Positions 52,995-64,000 of a DNA stretch of 64,000 nt are shown here, piece by piece. Each line of letters opens with the position of its first letter. Positions within the stretch are counted from its first letter, which is position 1. The translations under genes and the position numbers were made by a program. The stretch is from Mytilus trossulus (Eukaryota), in NCBI RefSeq assembly GCF_036588685.1, contig NC_086375.1, forward strand, positions 1,116,001-1,180,000, in the 5' to 3' direction. The notes below the pieces were generated by a model, which searched no databases, was not told where the DNA came from, and worked only from the letters and a program-made list of their open reading frames with translations.

Positions 52995-53113
52995 ATATAG
53001 ATATACGAAGATGTGGTGTGAGTGCCAATGAGACAATTCTCCATCCACGACACAATTTGTAAAAGTAAACCATCATAGGTAAAAAAAAAAACGGTCTTCA
53101 ACATGGAGTCTTG
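52995..53113 (-). repeat. Family A subfamily variant (also at 122-168 and 15697-15765)
   Basis: GAAGATGTGGTGTGAGTGCCAATGAGACAA(T/C)TCTCCATCCA...CACAATTTGTAAAA. Confidence 0.75.
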
Positions 53114-53969
53114 AATTACAAGTTATATAAAACATAAGATTTCTAATTCCACACATACATTTTTGCATCATACAAACTAGAACTGTTCCTGCATTTTTTT
53201 TTATAAACAAATGTCATAACACACTTCAAATCAAACCTACACAAAATTATCGAATTTCTGATATTTGCATCTACTTAAGTGACAATGAACTCTCTGCTTT
53301 CTATATGATATGTTTATGTACATTTCTCTTGTTTATATACTTAATTGATTGATATAAGAAGTTTATGTCATACATTAGAAATTAGAAATCATCTTGTTTG
53401 AAGAGCAAACACTCGACTTTGTCTTTTTGTAATGACACTTTAATGTGTGCTAGGATGAGCTCGAATGGTTATCAAAGTTTATCGTGTAATGTTATTTACA
53501 TATAAAACTTATAGTTTATAGATAACAATGTAAAAACAGGGAAGAGGGAAATATTTCTAGTCAATAAAGTCAACATGGATTATTATATGTACAGTTATGA
53601 TTCGATTCTAGATCTGTATGCATAATACACAGGTGACGTCATTATTCAAAAGAGCTCTTAGCTTAAGGATGTTTGCTTACATAAACAAGCTCTCCTCGAT
53701 CATTGCCCTTGAATATTGGTGCAGGACAATTTATAGTACAGAAGTCATTTAGAGTTCGTGTTTTTTAATCAGCAAAGCAGACGAAAGAACAGGTAAACAT
53801 CCAAACCCGTTTGAAAAAAGTTCTGGATCCGTGTCTGTTATAATCTTTTACTATTTGATAAATATGTAGTATATTGTTCTGTTTGTGTTTGTTTGTAGTA
53901 ATTCTATACGAAACTTGCAGAAGTGTGACATTGTCCTTTTCATCCTTTAGCTCTTTTTTGGCAAAGAGC

Positions 53970-54290
53970 ACACTTTAAAACTCACAAGAGGAACACATGC
54001 ACTAAAACCATCTAAGAAGAAAAGGCTATTTTAAAAAATAATGAGAAGAACACACTATACAACACATAAGAAGAACATACTATAAAACATATGAGAACAC
54101 AAGTATACAACTCACATGAGCACAACATAAAACACTGATTAAAACGACACTGTAAAACACATATAAAGAACATACAAAATACATAAGAAAGCATAAAACT
54201 CACATGAGCACAACGAAGAAAAACACACTGTACAACAGCTAGAAAGAGAAGAAAACACTATATATACTGAAAGCACATAAGAAGAACAAG
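53970..54290. repeat. Decayed A/C-rich tandem repeat
   Basis: Recurrent AAGAACACACTATAAAACACATAAG-like units. Confidence 0.65.
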
Positions 54291-55957
54291 ACAGCTTAAT
54301 TTATAAAGGACGGCGTTTATATTTATGCAGTCTAAATATTCAATGGTAAAAGGCATGTTGCAGCTTTTACTCAGCGGCGACATACGCTGGAAAAAACATT
54401 TCACTGTGTTCTGATTAAATCTACATAAAAAACACCGAGCACCTTTTTTATTAGCTTTCTACAAATCCTAAGGTGTCTACCATGATATACTAACGTACAC
54501 TGGCAAATATTTCAAACCTTTTTTATAGTGTAATTATATAAAAATAATTTTTTTTTATAGGGCTATAATACTGAATAAGGCATCATAACTACGTACTATT
54601 AATATTGTTACTTAAAAAAGTTGTAATGGCTTTAATTGGTCCTGTCTTACGGCCTGAAATGTAGTCGTGTTTACGTGAAAGTCACCAAAGATAAAGATTA
54701 CTCATAGTTGACGCAATCTGACATTGGGAAATACTTTAAGCAGCTGTTTTCGGTTAAAATTCCAATAGTAAACAAGAATGTTTTTCCGTAAACTGGAAAA
54801 TAACGAAAACATTTCGAAGGAACAGATTAACCTGTTTTATAATATTAGAATTATATTACGATCTTGTTTTCTTATTTGTATTTAAAATGTCAACAAAAGA
54901 GGTATGAAATCACTATCTATGCAGAATTAATGATGTTTGCTAAGTGCTTATAAAGCCTAAAATTTATGCCGTGAAGTTTGATTTGTTGAAAGATTTAAAA
55001 TTTGAATACACCTGTTTTATTACTCAGAATTTTCACCTGTAAGGATGTCAACATGAAGACAATTCATTACATCTATCAATGAAATGTGTATTCAATCTCT
55101 AGGACCTCAAGAGGTCAAGGGTAAACATGCAACATGCTCAAGTGCAGGTGTTTCATTTTTTTACATTTTATTTTACCGATCTTGAATTTCTCCATCTGCG
55201 TAGTAAAAATAGATATTAAACCTCACGAATACACGGATGTGTGCCACGGAGAAACCAGCAGCTATTATAACTTTTAAGTACAATAAGCAATAATATCAGG
55301 GGCTAATATAGGATTTTTAAACGGGGGTCTAGTTCTATAAAAGTGATGATATACCGTCGGGCGGAGGAAAGCGAAACACATTTGGCCCATTTTATGTTAA
55401 AATCTCATATAAATCGTCAGAAACAAGAGATTTAAAATTTATTGTGATGAAAGGGGTTGGGGAGGGCAGCTAGGCTACACCTTCTACGCCCCATCATGGA
55501 CCAGCCACTTAACACTGTTATGTATTTCGAGTGCACATTATAATATATTTTTATAATTTCTTATCCCTGATTTTATTTATTTGGGATATTGTTTCGTGCA
55601 TGTTTATACACAAGCATATACACATAGGGATAAGTAGTATATGTTTTAGAAATGTTACGGTGGTCAAGCAAATGTATAGACTGTAGTCACATGGCTTGTT
55701 TCGCAGACGACCTATACTGATATAATTAAAGATAGTTTGACTTATGTCTTCTTTATACATAGCTTAATTACTTTTTTAAATAGTATAATCTATTCTGGTC
55801 CAATTGAGACTATGTAGATTGATTTCATTTACAAACTGTTCATACCATCATAAAAATATAAAAACCTTGTTGTAGAAAAGTTTTCATTAAAATATAACGT
55901 TCCCAAGGGACCGAAAACTAAGCACTTGATTTTGAAACCTTCTTTTTGTCATTCGCT

Positions 55958-56075
55958 CCAGTGTGCGGGATTTTATTGTTGTGTTGAAGGCCCATTGGTG
56001 GACCTCGGTTGTTTTCTTATCTTTGGTCGGGTTATTGTCTCTTTAATATATTCCCCATTTCCATTTTTAATTATA
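55958..56075 (+). repeat. Interspersed repeat family B, diverged copy
   Basis: GTGCGGGA...TTGAAGGCCCATTGGTGGACC...GGTCGGGTTATTGTCTCTTT...TTCCCCATTTCCATT. Confidence 0.7.
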
Positions 56076-57404
56076 TCATATCTGTATAAAACTCGTGGAT
56101 GCCGTCATAAAAACCTTGTTTAAGAAGTTTAAATTATGCCTGTAGAAAATCAAAGTGTACCATTTCTGTAATGGTTTCGTATAAAACTACGCGATTCCAT
56201 TCGTGATACCCAGGACAGCAAGACAATATCGATCTATTAAGATTTCACACCCATAGTAAGATATCATCTCAGACTATTAAACGAAGGTCAAATATATTTA
56301 TTTAGTCTATTAAAGTGACACTAACATTGTAACAATCAATCGATTTTCATTTCTCTTCTCCTTACAAATATCGTAAATCAAAAGCTTAGCGGGAGAGGGG
56401 TATTTTTTCTGATGTTATAAAACGTTTTTATGGTAGAAATATTGATACAATTAAACTGATTTACAGCGCGTAAAGTCGTAGTGTTTTATCTTGATTTTCG
56501 TGCTATAAAAAAGGTCGAAAGTGGATTCGCCAATTATTCTTTTATTTCCATATTTTTCACATCAATAATTTTGAACCAAAAGAAAATGATAGAACTAGGA
56601 TCTAGTATACTTTGGCAAGATAAGATTCTTTAATACCGTTTTATAAAATTAGTAAATTTAATCAAGAATTACACTCTGCATGTGTTAATTCGGAATTTTA
56701 TTACTAAAGATAAGTTCATATCTTACTATTATTCTTAATGAAACGGTAAGAAAAATAATCCGTGTGGGTCGTACGTACAAAAATAGTCAGCAAATACGTA
56801 ATTGCTAAAAGATATAACAAGCGTCAAAATGCTCTACTTTCGTGATCCAATTTGACTTTCAACGACCACTTGGTTTTTAGACGCCCTTCTTTCAGTTACA
56901 TTTTTTTTTTATATATCTCAAGGTGATTTAAAGGCATTTACATGCATATAAACCATATATCATATGAGCAACTGCTATTATTGAAACTTTTCGATGACAG
57001 CAAACCATCTAAAAATAAAATAAAAAGTTGCGACAGTCATCAAACTTTATTTTAACGATCTGCAGCGATGAACAAGCACACTATTATAAACTATTTAGCA
57101 AGTTGCAAATTGTGCAACGGCTAGACGAGTTGAGTATGACGATAATAGGGTTGATTATATATAGTCTAACCTTGTTATGTCGAAGTCGAAGGGATCGAAT
57201 CAAAGTATTCGACCTATCCGAGGTTCCACTCCTCCAAGGTCTAGTATATCGTCAAAATTTGGAATATAGGAAATACGGTATGAGATTTGTGTAAACTTTA
57301 TACTTTGAACAGTGTGCCTTTCTTCGATATGACACGTAGTGGTTGTGTATTCAATCTCTATATTTTGGGTCATTTATGAAAATTAAACACAGATGGCTGC
57401 ATCC

Positions 57405-57525
57405 TACTGTTTACTAGATCGACACACTGCGTAGGATTTAACGTGCTAGTTTACGAGGTAACAGTTTGCAGGAAGATATGTCACCATACCCGTACAAATA
57501 ATCTCACTAAGAGCCGACTTTATTT
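57405..57525 (-). mobile_element. Diverged Meta-domain SINE-like fragment
   Basis: The minus strand GTCGGCTC...GGTGACATATCTTCCTGCAAACTGTT...CTAGCAC...GTGTCGATCTAGTA resembles the recalled bivalve MetaSINE body. Confidence 0.4.
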
Positions 57526-58336
57526 GTCAACAATTTTGTTAAACAAGCTCAAAGAAAGGAGTATAGAACCGATTTCCGTCCGCACTCGGTTATGATTTGT
57601 GTTTTAAAATAGATATTTGTCCACTGTGGGAGCACCATATACGGATGTACAGATGCTTCGACCTGAACATCCAATATAATCATGTGCATACACATTCTTT
57701 CGCTGAATCATCAGACAAAAAAATACACAGTGGTTTTTAAGGTTTATAAATGCTAGTCTCTGTTTATCGTTTCAGTTTTGAACGTGAAGTATTTTTCCTG
57801 TTGAAGGAAATAGAGGATACTTATGTCAATGGGCTGTATTAAAATCTATATACAAAACGGATCTTTATTCCATCTCTGTTAAGTACAAAGTTCAAGATTA
57901 CGTATGATCACTTAAAATTGCTGTGAACCGAATGACTGATATGTCAAATTCCTGTAAAATGACCATTGCCGTGTTAGAGTTGTACTTTACATGACTTGTG
58001 ACACCTCTAATGTCATTATATTTACATTAGTTCACCTGGCCTTAAAATGTCATCTACTAACCCCGAGCAATGATTCTCTAAAAAGTTTACATTTTACATC
58101 AATTATTTACAAAATTCTGTTTGTTTTTCCTTCTAATGAATCACTTAGCTACCGTTTATTTAATTTGACGTAATAAGGTGTCAAATTCTGAATTAAGACC
58201 ATTTATTGAACATAATGATCAGAATTGAGATTTTATCTGTACAAATAAAGACATGACAATGTAAAAACAAACTTAAATGTTGTTCTTTGTCTGTCTATTA
58301 TTATAGAGATTAGTAGGTTTTTTAGTATAAACTATA

Positions 58337-58556
58337 CTTTTCGTACAAACAGAGTGAAAGACGTCACTTTTGATATGATAACACTGATTTTTGACTATTA
58401 GGCCTATACCATAATATTGTGTTTTAACGTTTTTTACATATTCAAAATAATATAGATATAGTTGTTCCTTTTTACAACAAAACGAGTGAAAGGCGTCACT
58501 TTTGAACTGGCAACACTGACTTCTAATTTCTATTCAGGCCTATATCATAATATTGG
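58337..58556. repeat. Diverged tandem duplication, period about 133 bp
   Basis: GAGTGAAAG(A/G)CGTCACTTTTGA...AACACTGA...AGGCCTATA(C/T)CATAATATTG twice. Confidence 0.75.
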
Positions 58557-59082
58557 ATTTTTTTTTTTTGTAATTTCTTTATTCAATATAATAAAGAATA
58601 TAATCAAGCTAGTTATTAATTTTGTATTGCAATCACAGCCATAATTGTAAAGGCAAAGCAAATCACACATGTGTACGACAAAATAGTAAAACAAGCAAAC
58701 TTACCAACTACATATATACACTTCATGACTTCTGCTTTGTAGTGAAACATAAGTTAAGCGTTAGACAAACATGATTTTTTTTTATTTTGTGTGTCAAAAC
58801 TAAGCACTGTTTTAATAAATCATCGGTCAACCGGGACCAATATCCATGTATTAGTCATATCTCTTAATTGGAATGATGGCCGAAATGATATTCATCTTCA
58901 ACTTCATTATAACTGTTACAATACACATTATATATGGAGAAAGCTAACTTGTTGCGTCGAAAGAATAACGCTTGCGAAATCACAATGTGAAAATTAAAGA
59001 AGTCTTGGTTGATATTTGAAGAGGTGTACATTCTGTCGGATGATTTCATCTGTCCAAAAATTTAACAGAAGGTGAGCTCCAG

Positions 59083-59225
59083 CTGGCCTCACGGTCATAA
59101 AACTTTCGAGCATGCTTTTTGTACTCAGACTCGAAAATCAACCAATCAAATTGCTGGATTTCATGTTTCGAGCATGATGTTTGTGCTCCGAGCACTTTAG
59201 CAAAGTTTTATGACTTCAAGACCAG
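59083..59225 (-). mobile_element. ~143-bp MITE, inverted copy of 52834-52975
   Basis: Highly similar to the reverse complement of 52834-52975. Confidence 0.85.
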
Positions 59226-59760
59226 ATTTCCTAATGAGGAATCTATGAAATTAAACTGATCTAATTTTCTTTACGTGACATGATTTCATTATTGTTGTTT
59301 AACTATGTAAAAAAAGACATATAAGTATTGTAGATACATTATTTGAGTTCATAATGGGTTTCAACTTAAGAGTCAAATAGATTTGTTTGGTTCTTTTATT
59401 AGAAAGATATTAGGAAAGTTTGTATAAAATTTCATCAATACAATACAATACAAATATTTTATTATCATGTTAAACATTAATATAAAGACTTGTGACAAAA
59501 TTTACATACACAGAGAAAAAACACCCCAAGGTAAACTTATCCTCAAACAGAAAGAAAGCAAAAAAAAATCTATAAACTTATACAATATAAATAATTTATC
59601 AAGAGCCCATTGTTAAAGAACCCTATTCCTTCTTCTTTGTCGTTGATGGAGAACTGAGATAACTATAAGATATTCTCAACTTCTCACGACGAACATTAAA
59701 ATCTTTTTAGATGTTTTGAATACTTTAAGGATTTGCAAATCGGTTTCAATATAAATTTCA

Positions 59761-59787
59761 CCCCCCCCCCCCCCCCCCCCCCCCCCC
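59761..59787. repeat. C27 homopolymer (other G runs at about 31474-31489, 33493-33509 and 63450-63461)
   Basis: Direct reading. Confidence 0.9.
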
Positions 59788-62362
59788 TTATATCAGATAA
59801 ATTATTTTCATCGCAAGAACCCGCTTTTCCTTTTACAGAAGGAATATTCTTATCAATGAGAGTAAAATATAGGAAATATGCTTTGTAATTTTAATACAAA
59901 TGAACATTTATTTCTGGAAGGTTTATTTTGATAAAAAGAATGAAACTCTTTAAACAACGTGATAATTGAATGAGTATGCAAACATAAACAATCAAAACAT
60001 TATTCAATAAAAAAAATATCTAACCAAGGACATTTTAATATTCGAAGAACAAACATAATGTAATATAATTTCTTAAAATAACTTCTTTCCCTTATTCAAA
60101 TTCATGTTACCCTGACAAGCATACACAATTATTTAATTTAAACGTGCCAACATGCATTCATACTTGACACGATTTTTATGCAGTTTCAAATTTTGCGCAT
60201 TGATTGAATCCCATAGAAATTTCGTTTAAATGGGTCTGCATTTCCTGTCAATTGAAAGGGTATGAAGTTTATCGCTTCACTGTATATAAATGTGGTTTTC
60301 GAATAAATTTGCATACATAATGAGAAGTGAAATGTGATCTTCACTGAGAAGGTAGAAAAAAGCTGTCAATGTGATGGTATGATATGACACGGTATGGACT
60401 AGAGAACATGTGTGACAGTATTGGCATTCCTATAGACTATGACACAAAACTAATAATATGAAATGCCAAAAAACGGATAACGGTATTTTCAACAGCCAGG
60501 TGGAAAGGTTCTGCCAGGAATTATCCTATTAAGTAACTTCTGTTGCGTGAATATGACTAAGCTACCAAAACAAATGTTCTTTTGAACTATTGTATTGAGA
60601 TTTGCCAACATTGGGGCTTAATTTACTTAACGGAGAATGCCACTTGTTTCGCTCCTTGAATTCGATTACCATACTGCTCAAGTTTAATAAAATGGCAGCT
60701 CCTTCAGATTTTCATGACAAAAATCCTTCACTTATCTGTACTTTTAAAAGAAATGTATCTTACATTGTAGCCAAAGGCCATTAAACTTTATTTTAAGTAA
60801 AACTGTGAAAATATCCAAAATTGCTCCATTTAAATATCTCCCCACTAACAGTTAGTTAAAGTAAGAACAACAACTTTACTTATAAATTAGCATCTTTAAC
60901 TACTATAAAAGATATATAAATGTGAGACAAAAATATATATAGTTTGGACAAGACTTTTGCGGTATATTAAGTTGACCACGACAATCTAGCAACGCATAAT
61001 GTTACATGACGATACTTCACAATTGTCTACGGATAAATATTGATATCAAATAAAATTTTAAAAGAATTTTGTGCTTTAACTATTTTGATTTTAGAGGCAA
61101 GATTTTTGAATTTTCGAAGATGACTTTTACTTAACTAATAAGAAACCCTGGCTCTGAGGCATGCTTTTAAGCAAAAACCCTTTAAAACAATCTTGATATG
61201 CAATGCAAGCTCTAGAATATCGTTTCCCTGAGAGATATATAATCCATATGCAGGTGCATGCTTAAAGAATGTTGCTTCGTGCATATATTGAAATTTAAAT
61301 AATGAGTTACTACACACATATCTCCATATTCTTTTAAATTTAACTTTTGCTATTTTATTAACGGCGGATGTAAGCGAGACATTATTTGTACGACATTTTT
61401 CGCTAATATATATTACATTGCCTTGGTCAATTTAGACTTTAGATAAAATTCTTATATAAAACTTCCCGTTATCGACACAGACAATAAGCAGGAACGTGAA
61501 ACTTAATCAAATGAGATGTATATTAAAAAATGTTAATATATCATAGTAGGGAAGTTAAACTCTGACCCTTGTTAATTTCCTCGTGTCAATTGATAGTCAG
61601 CTTTCAGTCAATTCCACATTTTTTTCACAAATTTTAATCATGAAAAAAATGCCCCTATGGATACATTCTGATGTCCTACTGCTTCTAACCACAGAATTAC
61701 ATTTTTTGGTTGTGTATTTGTCCATAGTAATGTAAATAAGGCGATTAGTGTTCCTGACACAATGATTATATATTGTAAAGCAGAACAATGGATCCTGAGA
61801 GAAGGCGGATCATCCGAGCTATAATGTTGGCCCTCCAACCAAATTTATGTTGTAAATTTCTACCATAAATTTAAACTGTAATTTCTAACAGTGATCCAGT
61901 ATCAGAAAGGATTATTTTATCCCTCGGAGGACAAAAACACATTATATCATTCTAAACATTAACAAGGCCACCGGAAATTCTACATTGATAAATAGTTTAA
62001 TTTCTGTCCGTCATTATCTATTGACCGAACTACCGTATTTATTAACTGCGAATCTGATACCGGTGTTGAAGACGTTGACACGGCTAGGCTCTGATACCGT
62101 TATCTTCTGACTACTATTACTTAAAGTAGTCTTTGCTGTGAGTGTCGGATAGGTTTCCTGGCCATGCCATGGATGTTATAATGTACCTGTCCCCAAACCT
62201 ATCAATAACTCGGAACACAGAACCATTGTTAGTCTTTTGTCGTTTTTCGTTTCTGGTCATGGCATTGTCAGCGGCCTGATTTTGACTTTTGAGTTTGAGT
62301 ATCCCTTTGATAGCTTACGACTATATTAAACCTGAGACATATATAGTTATATACTGCGAGTA

Positions 62363-62412
62363 CAGTGGCGGATCCAGTCATTTTCCCTGGCCCGCCCGTA
62401 AATCCACCTCTG
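62363..62412. mobile_element. Internally deleted copy of the same MITE family
   Basis: CAGTGGCGGATCCAGTCATTTT...TAAATCCACCTCTG. Confidence 0.65.
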
Positions 62413-64000
62413 CTACTAAGTTCTCTTAATGGTCAATGAGTTCTTTTTCAGTTTTGCATTTTTTAAAAGAGACTTAATGGGAATTTATACATGCTTCCTG
62501 TCTGAAAAATTATCAAAACTATTAAGAACTTGAAGAACTCATACTTTCCAGTGGCACTGGGTGTAATATCCCGAGATTCGAACCAGAAATCTTTCTTTTA
62601 ATACTAAAGGCTATTGTTTATTGAGCAAAATGTACTGAACATTGAAAATCTAAAACAAAATAATTAAGATAGGAAATTATCTTGTATATATCATCATATC
62701 CCTGAAGGATTTCAAATATGTGTCAATTCAAATTGGTAAAGACACATGACGTAAAAGTACACGGTTGAGTTGATAGACATTTTCATCCGGAGGCAGCTTT
62801 TTAAAATGGAAGTTGTTCATATTTATAACTGTACTACGATCTTGATGAATTTGTAATAATGTAGTGTTCATACAGCGATTCCAAATAAAGGAATGTAATG
62901 AAACGAAACTACATCAGAAAGCACGACATGGTATCGGCCATCCATCAAACATATAAATATGTCAGCCATTACCATACCAGTAGGACACTAGACTCAATGT
63001 CATGTCATTTTTAATTCTTAATCTGACAAAAAGATAATTCAATAAAATTTCATAAATAGATTTTTTATAGAAATTTGTCAATTCACAATAAAATATAGTT
63101 TTCCATATCGTAAGATGCATTCAGTGTAAATGGGATATTTTTACAGTAAATTTACTTAAAAGTACAACTATCTCAAATATAACCATACCAGACACAGATT
63201 AGGTTTTTGATACATAAAATCATATATAAATCCGAGCGTAAAATTTAAACGATTTATATATTACTTCGTACAAATAAGTAAACTATAGATAAATTGTTTC
63301 CTGAATACATGTAAAACAGGTAATATGAACTACCTTCGTGTTGAAAAGTTGTAAACAACTTACACAAATTTTAAGTTGACGAGTAAATGCTATATTGAAA
63401 GAGCTAGTTTTATGGAACAACTATCTAGTATTCTTAGACAGGGAAGAAAGGGGGGGGGGGGCACAAGAATACCTAATTGTTGTCCCTGATACATGTGTAT
63501 AAACTGGTCAAGTTTTTATTTTTCTATTAATATTTTTAGCAATAAAAAGTTGAAATTGGTAATTTAAAAAATCGTACAGCCCAATGTCGTCTTGAAGGGT
63601 GTTACACATGTAGACATGCAGCTTTCAACATTGTAGGATTACAAAGTAAAACTAGCAAACATCACTGTGTTCCGTTGACAAATCTCTTGCACAGCATCAA
63701 TAAAATAAAGTATACTTTGAATTTACGGCTGGCGTCAGTGTTTTCATTGAGCTCTGTCTGTGCTGTGTGAAGAAGCTCGCTCTTGTATTTTTAGACACTT
63801 TCCGCTAGCTAGTCTCCCTCCTGCACGTGTGTTTGGGACATCGAAAATTAGAATCATCTTGTATATATATATACTTTTATCTAGTATTCTTAGACGGGGA
63901 AGAAGGGGCACAAAAAGGGTTATAGTGTTAGTGAAGATATGTGGGTTTTTGGTTAGGTTGTATAAATATAAATGGTTTGGGACAACAAATATGAAGCAAG

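Noticed and set aside
57690-57720. CTGATGA-N6-GAAA hammerhead core on the minus strand
   Set aside because: Stem II cannot pair, and stem III/NUH and stem I are not formed.
62550-62600. tRNA gene (GATTCGAACC B-box on the minus strand)
   Set aside because: No cloverleaf; at most a decayed SINE head.

Overview
AT-rich eukaryotic (metazoan) DNA; the repeat landscape suggests a bivalve such as Mytilus (inference). Only two protein-coding elements are supportable. (1) A complete two-exon ZFP36/TIS11-family gene (ZFP36L1/L2-like tandem CCCH mRNA-decay factor) on +: exon 1 CDS 25538-25591, missed by the ORF track, and exon 2 CDS 26211-27287, 376 aa in total. It has a CCAAT/GC/TATA/Inr promoter and an ARE-rich 3'UTR. 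(2) A terminal coding exon at 1313-1831 (+) that resembles the C-terminus of THADA. If that call is right, the THADA -> ZFP36 tandem arrangement known at human 2p21 (THADA-ZFP36L2) is conserved in this invertebrate, with about 23.6 kb of non-coding DNA between the genes and at least 36 kb with no recognisable gene downstream. This is the most interesting signal in the window. The rest is repeats: a Helentron/HINE-like element, a 1.45 kb long-TIR foldback element, several MITE families, retroposon families (one copy with a perfect 15-bp TSD), decayed LINE/Penelope/SINE fragments, a 1.8 kb two-variant 30-bp minisatellite and local duplications or palindromes. Nearly all other ORFs in the track look spurious. 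All homology calls are from memory of the families and were not searched.
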